Part shown: one piece after another, positions 45,617 through 58,000 of the stretch
Position numbering within the stretch: the first letter of the stretch is position 1
Layout: each line of letters opens with the position of its first letter
Assembly: GCA_946965045.2 (NCBI GenBank)
Contig: OX337234.1
Coordinates: forward strand, 2,294,001 to 2,358,000
Direction of reading: 5' to 3'
Length of the DNA stretch: 64,000 nucleotides
Source of the DNA: Epithemia pelagica
Lineage: Eukaryota; Protista; Bacillariophyta
Made by a program: the position numbers and the translations under genes
The notes under the pieces: model-generated
Database searches by the model: none
Seen by the model: only the letters and a program-made list of their open reading frames with translations
What the model was told of the DNA's origin: nothing

Positions 45617-45881
45617 CACATCCGGGTACCCTTGGTCGCACAACACGCCACACATTCCCGTCAAATCGCGAAAATTCGGTGAAAATTTGTTGAAACTCGG
45701 CGAAAATTTGTCGGAATCAACGGAAATTTCCAGGAGTCGCACATCACAACACACATCCGGGTATCACATACGTGGTACATACGTGGCACACGTGGTACAT
45801 CCGGGTTTAGATCACATCACACATTAAATAAACCACATCACACCGCACATTAAATAAACATCGAACCAACCAAATAACACC
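45617..45881 (+). promoter_or_regulatory. Repeat-rich spacer / candidate internal promoter before gag of B
   Basis: ACATCCGGGT x3; ACGTGG x3 at 45770, 45781 and 45790; CACATTAAATAAAC x2 at 45820 and 45846. Confidence 0.45.
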
Positions 45882-46843
45882 ATGGATCCTCAATCACCCA
45901 AGACACCTACGACTCCTAAGGGAGAAGATAACCAAGACAATGTCTCGAACACAGACCTATTCGACCACATCATATTATTTACTGTCTGCCAATTCTTTAC
46001 CAAGGAAAGGGCCGACTACTTAATGAAGTGGATGAAATACCATGGTTTTGAGAACATTACCCATGTTATCTCGTATATGCAAACTAATACCAAGGAATCC
46101 ATGAACGAACTGACACAATACAAGGTCAACAAACAGACACATGATCTACAAGGCCCCACAAGACAGCAGATCAAGCTCTTGGCTTATTGGGCCATATACA
46201 AGACCAATGAAATTCAAGACGAGCTATCCAATAGCGACTGGATGAACCTAACGAGGAAAGAGTTCAACACTTGGAGGATCAACACAGATTTCTCTAAGGG
46301 ACCACCTAGCCAAGTTCCAGTCTCGCCAATGAAGTCACCGTCATCTGTGAAATCTGTCAGCACAGTTACTGCCGCATCCCAATCTCAACAAGACCTTACA
46401 GCATTCAGAAAGGGAACTAAGCGCGACGCAACTGCGTATGAGGTATTCAAGGATGAACGATACTACGGTTCATTCTGGCGTGTATTCAAGACTACAGCTA
46501 AGGCTCAAGGCCTATCCAACGTTCTGAATTTCAAATACACACCACCCCATGATGATGAGTATGCCGAAGAACTTTTTCAAGAGCAACAAGTATTTCTTTA
46601 CTCCGTTCTTGTCCGTATCATTCAGACTGACCAAGGTCGAGCCTATGTACGTGAACATGAACATGATGAAGATGCGCGTGCCGTATTGCAGAAGTTACAC
46701 TCTTTGCATACCGAATCCGACCTAGCAAAACGAGAAGTCCTCCGTTTAACCAACTACATTTCCAATCAACGTCTTGACAACACATGGCGCAGAACAACAC
46801 GTCAATTTCTTCTACACTTTCAAGAGCAGCTACGTTTGCTAGA
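45882..46843 (+). CDS. gag of B, 5' part, cut by element C
   Basis: FRKGTKRDATAYEVFKDERYY, AKAQGL. Removing C restores QLRLL-DNLVTL. Confidence 0.85.
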
Positions 46844-47231
46844 AGTTGAGGAATCTTGTGAATCTAACCGGTCACAATGTGCATGTGTAACACATAATGT
46901 GGAACACATTATGTGGGTTGAACGTTCAGTCACAAGCACATTATGTGGTAGCAAATTTGGCAGTCGGTTAGACTATGTGCTACTCATGTGCTTGTCATGT
47001 GATTCTCATGTGCTACATGTACTAACCATGTGTGTGAATTTCCAAATTGGAAATTCACAAGATCATGTCGACAGATCAATTTACTTTAATGCTCACAATC
47101 TTAGAAATTGTCCTATTGAGTTACAACTGATCTAGATCCGTCCTACTGGCTTGCCCTCAAGAGCTTGATCACCTCGAGAGTCCAAGCTAGTCCTACTGTA
47201 AGTGATACCGCTGTCTAAGTATTCCTTCGCT
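46844..47231 (+). repeat. 5' LTR of element C
   Basis: Copy at 54629-55016. Confidence 0.95.
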
Positions 47232-47244
47232 GGTTATGAGCCCA
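47232..47244 (+). other. Primer-binding site of C (complement of tRNA-iMet anticodon stem-loop, copia/Ty5 type)
   Basis: GGTTATGAGCCCA; reverse complement TGGG-CTCATAA-CC. Confidence 0.8.
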
Positions 47245-47670
47245 AGTTAGTGCCTAGCCAAGCCGACGCCTCTCTGCCCGTTTGAGTGAAACGTTTCCAC
47301 CATCGAAGATATCTCTCCCACCAGTTCTGGAAGTGCCTTCAGCTTTCTTGATCTGTGGGGTACCGACCAAGATCCAGCCGACCCCAACGAAGGTCCCACT
47401 GATCTACCAAGTCCGTCCGACCCTTCTGCTCCTACTGAACCGTCTCACGTTCCCACCGAGCCTCCTACCGACTCGACTTCTCGTCCAACTGGATTATCTA
47501 TATCGTTAGATACTACTCAAGGTCCTACCGACAGTGATCCAACTGATCCTCCGAGTGAGCCTCCAACCGATCCGACACGTCCCACCGACCAGTCTACCAA
47601 CCAAGGAACCAACCAACCTCCGAATCCTCCAAACGACGACTCTGCCAAGAAGAAGAAAACAACCAAGAAG

Positions 47671-50600
47671 ATGTCCGAGTACACGCCATTCAAGCCTACT
47701 CCACCCCGAATGGGTGGTCTCGTGCAAGTCAAGCACGACCTGTTTACCGCCTGGACAGGCGGAAAGCCCGATGCAACATGGACCAAGCTCGTCAACGGTG
47801 ACACGACCGATCCCACCAAGGGATATGAACAAACTTCCCAGCAGCGTCCATCTTATGAAGATAAAGGCTTCACGACTCGCTGCACTGGGTTTGAGACCAA
47901 GTTTTCCAAGTCCGACAGCTTGCATCTCTTCTCCCGTAACTTGTTGGATCGTTTCGTGACCCACGGCATGGACACAATCACGTATCTCCAAGACCCAGGT
48001 GATGACACTTCCATGGTGTGCATTCTCACCCATCACACCCGTTTCACTGTTGACGCCGCCAAGACATTGGGTCCCAAGCAAGCCGTATCCTACGACCAGT
48101 ACGACAAGTCGAATGACCACGCCGCTCGTCTCGCACTCCTGGACAGTTTGGATGCCCCTCTCCGTCAAGAACTCGAAGAGCGCATGCCCGATGAGCCTCT
48201 CTTTCCCATCTTGTGGATGATGCTCATCCAGATCATCCAGAGCGATCGACTCGAAGCAGAACTCAAGACCTTAACCCCGCAGCAGTTTTCTGGTCAGAAC
48301 ATTGCGGAGATGGCCTTGTCCATTACCACTCGCGCCTCGGCTCTGCACACCGCTGGATTGTTCAACCACCAGTTGAACTCTCTCATCCTCAAGTCGTTTC
48401 TTGCTGCAGATGGCAATGATGCCTACAAGTTTGAGTTGATGAAGGTCCAGTCGGAGTTGACCGCTGCGTTGAAAGAAGAGCGTTTTATGTCCGACAAGAC
48501 TGCCGCCGGCGTCTTCCTTGCCTCCAAGCGCCTCGATTTCCGCTCCATTTGTCAGTTGGCTGAAGACAAATACCGTGAGGCCATTGGAGATGGTGTTTGG
48601 CCCCCGTCCCGCCACAACAAAGACTCGAAGGCTCCGCCCGCTGGCTACTATTTGTCGGCCCAACTCAACGCTCTGGTTCAAACCTTCTCCCAGGACTCTG
48701 GTGGCAAGAAGTCCAAGCCGTCCGGTGTGTGCTACAAGTGTGGCAAACCCGGCCACTGGGCTCGTGATTGTCCCACCAACCGTGGTCGTTCTGACGGACA
48801 CGGTGGTTCCCGTCGTCCCTTCCTTCGTCGTTCTCCGTCTCGTCGTCCCTCTGGTGGTGGCCGTGGTGGTCGCTATGGTGGTCGTGGTGGTGGAGGGAGA
48901 GGATCTGGCCCTTCCACCCGCAACCGTCGCGAATTGGCCCCTTGGCGTTTGGTTCCTCCTCCTTCCGGCTCTTCTGAAACCAAGGACTACAACGGTCGCA
49001 CATTCTACTGGTGCGCCAAGTGCTCTCCACCCTGTTGGAACACCACGCACTCCACCAGCTCCCACCGTGGTTCCACCAATGGCTCCACTCCATCTCCTCC
49101 AACCAACCATCAAGCCAACAACCTGATGACTGATCCGTCGGTCTGGATGGTTGATTGTGATATGGAAGCATGGGAAGGTTGGACATCGGTGACCAATGGA
49201 TCGACCCGTCGTCCTCCTCCTTCCACTACTCCAGTTCCAGTCAGCAACTCCTTTGCCATGCTGCACTTTTCGGTGGAAGATGGTCCGGCACCGTCAACCG
49301 ATGACGACCGCAAGCCAGCCGCAAAGAAGAAACCGCCTGTCTCCGTCGTCACTGTCCACCATGATGACGACAACACGCCTCCTTCTTCCGGTTCCGTCGC
49401 ACAGTTTGATAACCATGCCTTGCGCATGGCCGTCACTCCGTTCACTGTCGACACCACCAAGGACGATATTCTTCTCGAATCCGCTTCTCAACCCGACAAG
49501 AAGCGCCGCCGTCCGTTGCCTCCCAGTCCCTTTGTCCTCCGTTCTACCAAGAAAACCAAGAGCAATACCTTCTCGCCCAAGAAGTCTCCAAAGTCGAAAT
49601 CCAAATTCACCAAGCATCACTTTGTGAGTGGCAAACAGAAGAATCACCCAGTTACGAAGCGTCCACCCGCCGTTGTCACTCCTGACGACAAAGATCCGCC
49701 TGTGATTGTGACACCTACCCCAAAGAAATCTTTTGCGCAATCTTTCTCAACTGCTCGTTTCTCCGCGCTGCCCCAAGTCAATGTCGCATCGCCACGTCAT
49801 ACAGGCCCAACCAGAGTCCCTCGTGTCTCACGTCGTTCTCGCGCCTCTCGTGGTCGCACAACGCGTGGCTACTCTTCGTGTCACAGTTCTGTCGACCCGT
49901 CGACACCTTCACGATCTTTTGTTTCAATGAGTATTGGTATCTTCTTGTGGACACTTCTCTCCCTTTGGCTGTTTCCTTCAACGATGATGAGTTTCCTTAT
50001 GGTGGTCCCTTGTTTTGTTTCTTGGTTTATTTGCGGTTTGATTGTTGGTGTCCTATGTCCCAAGTTGGAGAACGTTGCGTCATCCTTTGGCAACTCGCGC
50101 TTGGATCGAAATGTCCGCTCCTTCGCCGACTACCATCCGTCGCGTCGTCCCGCCCACTATTTTCATCGCCGCTCTCCAAGTGGTCGCCCATTTCCTCGGT
50201 CTTTACCCCTTCGGCTTCGTGCCGACCGCTGCCGTCTCGCTCTCCAAGCTCCAGCTGTGCTTCCCTATTTGGCTACTCCCATTTCCGATGTGTTGACTGA
50301 TGGTTTCTTCATGTTCTTCTCTCGTCGTTGGATTGTTTGGTGTCTCCGCCTCGTCACTTCGTCGCTCTTTTCTCTTCTCTGCCGCCTCACGTCCGTCGCC
50401 AATGCCGTGATCGAGGGAGACACAACCTATCCGTCTCGCCCCACTCGATTTGGATCACGACATCGTCACCGTTGTTCTCGTCGTCGTTGCCGTCTCACTC
50501 ATCGCCGTCCTTCGACAATCCGTCGATCCCGTCGCCGATCTAACCCAAACAATAACAGACAACGCCAAACCAACCCAAACAATACAAATGACACAGTGCC

Positions 50601-53600
50601 CCGTTGGCCAAACAACGTTCACCGGTTCGACTTTGACTTACAACCACCCAACGACACCTCAACCTTTTGTCAACCATGTCAAACGACCAAGAACGTCAAA
50701 CCACCTTTCGGTTCACCCTTGCGTCCTGCACAATGCCAAACCATCCGTGCATGCACTCTGGAAATGTCTCAAGAAGCCGTGAGTCTCCTCAAAGCAAGTC
50801 TTCAAGCTCCGTTGAAACTGCAATCCGAACTGCCAGACGATGGATGTTACCCCATTGTGTGGGATTCTGGCGCAAGCGTCTCCATGAGCTTCTGTGAGAA
50901 GGATTTCAATGGAGATTTGGACACTTCCATCCATACAGCGCAACATTTGCGCGTCAACGGTATCTCCACTGGAGTCGAAGTGGCTGGACGTGGCACAGTG
51001 GTATGGCATGTATTGGATACGACTGGAATGTTGCGCACAATCAAGGTTCCTGCTCTCTACATTCCGGACGCCAACATTCGCCTTCTCAGCACGTCAAGCT
51101 TGTTGCAAGTCTACCCGGACGAAACTATTGCTATTCATCCAAATGGGTTGACTCTCAGTGGTGCCGACGGAGACCATACAAGACGATCCATCGAAGTTCT
51201 CCTGAATCCACAAAACAATTTACCTACTTCACTTGGATTCGACCTGGAAGGACTCAAAACTGCAACAACTACTCTGGCTAACACAATCTCAACCGTCCAC
51301 AACAACAACATAAACATGTCACCTCCACAGAAAGAGTTCGCCAAGTGGCACAACCGTCTCGGCCATCCTGGTTTCAAGCGAGTTCAATTCTTGATGCACA
51401 CTGGTGTCTTGGCAACCTCCGAAAGTCAACGCAAATTGCATGTGGCTGCATGTAAACTTGTCAATCCACCCATGTGTGCTGCCTGCCAATTTGGCAAGCA
51501 ACGGCAACGTTCGGCTCCTGGACGAACCACCAAAGTTCAATCGGCACGTGATGGAGTGTTGAAGAAGGACGTCCTCCATCCAGGACAATCTGTTGCAGTT
51601 GACCATTTTATCTGCAGCACCAAAGGCCGTCTATTCTCCTCCAAAGGAAAGAGCAAAGAATCCAAAATGTTTGCTGGAGGTGCAATCTTCGTTGACATTG
51701 CCAGTGGCCGAGTAGATTGTGTGTTCCAAAGCCATCTGAGTTCCCACGAAACTCTCAAGGCGAAAGAAGAGTTTGAGTTACGATGCCGTGATTGTGGAGT
51801 GGTTCCTCAACAGTATGTGTCCGACAATGGGTCAGCCTTTACATCGAAAGGATACACTGCCCATTTGCAACAGTTCCACCAAATTCAACGCTTCGCTGCT
51901 GGAGTTGGTGCCCTCCACCACAACGGCATTGCTGAACGAAGTATTCAAACCATCATGAGCATTGCTCGTACGATGATGCTTCACTCAGCAACTCACTGGC
52001 CGGACATGGCGGATTCTAGTTTGTGGCCGATGGCGGTACAACACGCGGTGTACTTATCCCTAACCCCACAACTGGACTGAGTCCTAATGACATTTTTACC
52101 CGCACCCGCTTCGAACATAACAAATTCCATGATCTCCACGTCTGGGGATGTCCAGTATACGTTCTGGATAAGAGAATTTCTGATGGAGGTAAGCTCCCAC
52201 GATGGAAACCTCGTTCTCATCGTTGCATGTTCATGGGACTGAGCCCGAATCATGCGAGCTCCGTTCCCCTTGTCCTCAATCCGGAGACTGGCGCTATCAC
52301 GCCACAGTTTCATGTCGTCTTCGACGACTGGTTCGAAACCATTAGCGTGGACCCAACAACCTTGCCCGACCTCTCCACTCCAGAATGGACCCAACTGTTC
52401 GGCGACTCTCTTGACCATTTTCACCATACCGACGATGAAGATCCACACGACAACTCCGCTCCCAACATCACTGACACAACAACTGCTCTGGACACACTCA
52501 ATTCCCAGCAACGTGTTTTTGATTCCATGGCAACTCATCGTCCTCCCATGCCATTGCCCGTGCCTCCACCCATTTTTCCTTCGTCTGAGGGAGCCCCTCC
52601 TTCGTCTGAGGGAGCCATCCCTTCGTCTGAGGGAGCAACTGTCGTGCCCCACGCAGCCACCACTCCGTCCCCTCCCACCCCTCCGTCTCCTCCTTCTCCT
52701 CCCGCTGTCTCCCCTTCGGTTGTTTCGCCCCGTGTCGAGGTTTCTGTCCCTTCTGTCTCCGGTCCATCGCCTCGTCAGAGGGAGAATTCTACCAAACCAC
52801 CCAAACAACCTGCTCCGTCGAGTTCACCCAAACAATCACAGCCTTCCCTCTCTGCCTCTTCTTCTCCTCTTCGTCGCTCCACTCGTACTCGTCGTGCCCC
52901 ACTTCGACTCATCTCCTCCATGGATGCCAGTCACACGACATACGACTCCAACTGTATGAACTACCATCTTTATCATACAATGCTGCAACAGTCCAACCTT
53001 TGTGACTTGGCCATTTGCAAAGCCGCTGCATCGGATCCTGATACGTTGAGCTTTGACCAAATTCTCTTGGAGCCTAACCTCGACCAATGGAGGGCTGCTG
53101 CCCAACGAGAGATTGAAGCATTGGAAGCAAAAGGCACATGGGAAGAGGTCCCTGTCGAAGATGCAACAACAAGGATCCTTCCTGGCACATGGGTGTTCAA
53201 ACGGAAGAGATCACCAACAGGAGAAATCAAGAAATACAAGGGCAGGTACTGTGTGCGCGGAGATCTCCAAGAAGGAGAATTTGAGACGTTTGCACCCGTC
53301 GTCTCTTGGAGTACCATTCGACTGGTCCTTATCTTCGCCATGATTCAAGACTGGATCATTATTTGTGTCGACTTCTCGAATGCATTTGTGCAAGCGACAC
53401 TCAAGGAGCCAATTTGGATCCATCTTCCAAGAGGCTATCAATCCCAACGACCAACGCGAACCTGCCTTCGTCTCAAGAAGAGTTTGTATGGATTGGCCAT
53501 AGCCCCAAGGTTGTGGTATGAACATTTGCGTGATGCTTTGTTGGAGGACGGATTCAAACAGAGTGACCACGACATCTGTCTCTTTCTCAAGCCAGATATG

Positions 53601-54608
53601 ATTGTGTTCCTCTATGTCGATGATTATGGTGTTGCTTCTCCGACTCAACAAGCCATCGACGAGTTCGTGAACAGACTCAACAAAAAGGGATTCGAATTGA
53701 CGCAGGATGGAGACTTTGCCGAGTACCTTGGTATCAAGTTAGTGGTTGACAAGTCATCCAACACCATCACAATGACTCAACCAGGCTTGATCAACAAGAT
53801 CATCAAAGCCACTGGACTTGAAAACTGCAACGCCAACAAAACACCAGCCTCCACTGCAGCCCTTGGTTCTGACCCTGACGGGCTCCCAATGAAAGAGTCC
53901 TGGTCCTACTCGTCGGTTGTTGGGATGCTCCTTTATCTCTCAACCAACACGAGACCGGACATCACCTACGCTGTGAGCCAAGTCGCTCGCTTCGGAGCTA
54001 ACCCCAAACAATCCCATGCCTCTGCAATAAAGATGATTGTCAGGTATCTCTCCGGTACTGTGAACCAAGGTACCATCTTTACTCCCAACACCAACTACAA
54101 GATCGACTGTTACGTCGATGCCGACTTCGCCGGCCTCCATGGCTGCGAACAACAAGACAATCCGGCAAGCACCAAGTCTCGCACCGGGTACATCTTGTTC
54201 TTCTGTGGGAGCCCTCTGTTGTGGAAGTCTCAGCTTCAGTCTGAAACTGCTCTCTCCACCTTTCATGCGGAGTACGTTGCCTTATCCGCCGCAATGAGAC
54301 AGTTGATTGTTGTGCAACGAGTTTTACAAGATATGGTCGACTGCTTGAAGTTTGAAACTGAGACACCCAAGATCCATGCCGAAGTATTTGAAGACAATAA
54401 CTCCGCGTTCCTCCTAGCGAACAACCAACGTTTGACTGAACGATCCAAGTGGTTGAATTGCAAACTCCACTTCTTTTGGGAGTACATCAACAATGGCACA
54501 GCAACTGTTTCCAAGATCAGCACCCACGATCAGCGCGCCGATTATCTCACGAAAGGACTTGTGTTGGAAAAGTTCACCGCCAATCGTTTGCAAAATCAAG
54601 GATGGTGA
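47671..54608 (+). pseudogene. gag-pol of element C with one frameshift near 52050
   Basis: CYKCGKPGHWARDC knuckle; WDSGAS protease; WHNRLGHP, VAVDHF/SDNG/GIAERS integrase. Frame change at AVYL|IPNPTTGLSP. RT LYVDD; RH YVDADFAG, FEDN, RADYLTK. Confidence 0.9.
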
Positions 54609-54628
54609 TGTCACATTGTGAGAGGGAG

Positions 54629-55016
54629 AGTTGAGGAATCTTGTGAATCTAACCGGTCACAATGTGCATGTGTAACACATAATGTGGAACACATTATGTG
54701 GGTTGAACGTTCAGTCACAAGCACATTATGTGGTAGCAAATTTGGCAGTCGGTTAGACTATGTGCTACTCATGTGCTTGTCATGTGATTCTCATGTGCTA
54801 CATGTACTAACCATGTGTGTGAATTTCCAAATTGGAAATTCACAAGATCATGTCGACAGATCAATTTAGTTTAATGCTCACAATCTTAGAAATTGTCCTA
54901 TTGAGTTACAACTGATCTAGATCCGTCCTACTGGCTTGCCCTCAAGAGCTTGATCACCTCGAGAGTCCAAGCTAGTCCTACTGTAAGTGATACCGCTGTC
55001 TAAGTATTCCTTCGCT
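54629..55016 (+). repeat. 3' LTR of element C
   Basis: Matches 46844-47231. Confidence 0.95.
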
Positions 55017-58000
55017 CTAGACAATCTAGTGACATTGTCTGATCGCATCCCTGATCATACCAGGATGACCTTCCTCATGCAAGCTGTAGAAAAGGTACCT
55101 GATCTCCGCCGAGTCAAGATCTTGGATAATGTGGTGAACACCAAATCCGGTGCAAAATCCCTTTGCTATCAATCATACTTCCGTCTCCTTCTAGACGCAG
55201 CTTATGACCATGATCAAGCAACCCAGTCATCTGTTCATAGTCGCCGTCGACATGTCAAACAACATGAATCACTATATGGCCAAGATACAGATGCTGACAT
55301 AACCTCATAAGATGATATGGAGTATCATGTCCACAACACCAAAGTGACATCTGAATCTCCATCCTCTTCGTCCAAGGTTAGTCTACCGCGTGACCTATGG
55401 TCCAAACTTTCTGAAGAAGATCGCAAGTTGATCATTGAGTATAACAAGATGATTCAAGCACCTTCATCAACAACACCGAGGAAAGTGCAAACACATGCCC
55501 TCGACATTGATCCGGAACCTGATCCTGACCCCAACCAAGTTGCATCTGATGACGACTCACCTGGCGCAGTCCCTGAGCATCCAGATGATTCAGATCCGGT
55601 TACACAATTTATCAACCAAGCCATGACGACTGATATCAATCACCCGGCAACTGACCTGACTAGTGTTCTTTCTAACGCCAAGTCCAAGACGAGCAAGAAG
55701 GTTACTTTCAAAGCCAACATGCATAAACAAGCAGGACATGTTCCACGCTATTTGTTTTCCAGGAAATCTACTTTACCAGGAAATCAATTGATTGACCGTG
55801 GTGCTAATGGAGGACTTGCTGGTTCTGACATGCGCATCCTTTCTAAGACTGGCCGCCATATCACTATTGTGGGTATTGATAACCATGAACTTACTGGACT
55901 TCCTGTCTTCACATGTGCCGCAAAGTTTGAGACCAATGATGGACCTATTGTCGGCATCTTCAATGAATATGCTTATTATGGAAAAGGCTTATCTATCCAT
56001 GCTCCTGTTCAATTTGAGTATTTCGGACTTGCTGTTGATGAACGATCTGTTAAAGTTGATGGTAAACAACGCATCACTACATTTGATGGTCGTGCTATAC
56101 CCCTTCACATCAAGGATGGGTTAGCCTACATCCACTCCTTGGGTATCCCCAGCGACGATGACATGAATACCTTACCTCAGATCATCTTCACGTCACCCGA
56201 CACATGGGATCCTGGTGTTCTGGACCATTCGCATTCTCCCACACCCTCTGACAATGATCCTGATTGGAAACACGTCAAGACTGATGGTAGTATGTCGAAC
56301 CATCCATATGACAACTATGGGGAGTACACTGATCGTGTTGTTTGTAACCTCAATCTCCTTTTGGATCTCCCATACGATCATGGACCTGACGACGCACCCT
56401 TCTTTTCTGTCTATGCTGACGCAGAAGGTAATGATCCTACACTTCATGCCTCTGTCCACCGTCGTTACCAGGAAGCGTATGTCTGGAAGAAGTTCCGTCC
56501 ATTCTTTGGTTGGCAATCTGAAGATGTTATTGCCGATACGTTCAAGCACACTACACGTAATGGTAGCATTACTTTTGACCACGACACCCTCAAGAAACAT
56601 TTCAAGGCTCGCAATCCGGTCCTTAATATACCTCGACGTCATGAACCCGTTGCTACTGACTCGGTTTTCTCCGACACCCCTGCTGTTGACCATGGCGGTA
56701 AAGTTGCACAAATCTTTGTTGGTCGCAATACTCTGGTAACTGATATCTATGGGATCAAGTCGACCAAACAGTTTGTCAATACTCTTCAGGACAACATCCG
56801 GTTTCGTGGTGCCATGGAGACTCTTATCAGTGATGGTGGTTCATCTCTCATCTCTCAAAAGGTCAAAGACATTCTTCGCACTTTGCTTATTGGGGAGTAT
56901 CGATCCGAACCTTATCATCAACACCAGAATAAGGCTGAAAACCGTTACCAGACCGTCAAACGTATGACCAACGCTCTCATGAATGCCACTGGTTGCCCTG
57001 CCAACACCTGGCTTCTTTGCCTTGAGTATGTCTGTGACTTATTGAACCATACATCATCACCCACCCATTCCGGTCGCACTCCTCTTGAGGCTCTCTCCGG
57101 ACGCCCACCCGACATTACTCATCTCTTGTTCTTTCCTTTCTGGCATGAGGTTTACTACCGTGTCGACCCCGCTGAACCCAATTCTGGTTCATATCCCTCT
57201 TCTTCTGATGAGAAACTTGGCCACTGGGTTGGTTTTGCTCACAACGTTGGTGATTCTTTTACTTGGAAGATTCTCACCCAGGATAACCAGATAATCTACC
57301 GTTCTGCCGTTCGCCGTGTTGAATCCACTACACCTAACCTACGTGTGGATCGACCTTCAGGGGAGGATTTGTCTGAGAAGGATGACAATGATAAGCAAGC
57401 TGACACTGTCTTCATTCGCAGTGATAGTGAAGATCCATCCAAACCAATGCCCACGATCGATTTTGACGACATGATAGGACGCACATTCCTATGCGACACA
57501 GAAGAAAATGGGGAGCGACACCGTGCACGTGTCATCAAACGAGTCATTGATCTTAATGAAGAAGCAACGAAACAGGAAGAACGTGTCAAGTACATCTACC
57601 GAAAGACAAATTCTGATGTTGATGAGATGATATCCTATAATCAACTCATGGAGTATATCGAACGAGATAACCAAGCTCAAACCTCTGGAGATAATCTTTT
57701 CAGGTTCAGGGACGTCATTGCCCATCAAGGCCCACTGAACACAACTGATCCAGATTACAAGGGGAGCAAATATAATTTGCTTGTTGATTGGGAAACTGGG
57801 GAGACTACCTATGAACCTTTATCACTTATTGCCAATGATGATCCGATCACTGTAGCAATTTATGGAAAGAAACATGGTTTACTCAACGAACCTGGATGGA
57901 AGCATTTGAAACGTTATGTCAAAACAAGCAAACGTCTCATTCGAGCAGCCAAACAGTCAAGGATTAAACAAGTTCACCATTCCGTCAAGTATAAGTTTGG

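Larger units (their letters stand above)
46844..55016 (+). mobile_element. Copia LTR retrotransposon C, innermost, inserted in gag of B
   Basis: 388-bp LTRs at 46844-47231 and 54629-55016 (one mismatch seen, 47084 C vs 54869 G); 5-bp TSD CTAGA; PPT GAGAGGGAG; termini AG..CT. Confidence 0.95.

Noticed and set aside
46844-47135. C-terminal 97 aa of track ORF 45882..47135 (and ORF 54618..54869) as real protein
   Set aside because: Chance read-through into LTR C sequence.
47231-47244. Reading C's PBS as a canonical TGG-type site
   Set aside because: The TSD and the 3' LTR show that the T belongs to the LTR, and the downstream bases match an anticodon arm rather than an acceptor stem.
47506-49740. 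Long minus-strand ORFs (220, 331, 173 and 148 aa) inside element C
   Set aside because: They overlap low-complexity GC-rich gag codons where stops are depleted; no recognisable domain. An antisense protein cannot be supported.
55308-55310. TAA in B as a programmed gag/pol readthrough
   Set aside because: It lies upstream of the gag C-terminal LPRDLWSKLS motif and far from the protease, with no obvious structure; simple nonsense mutation is more likely.
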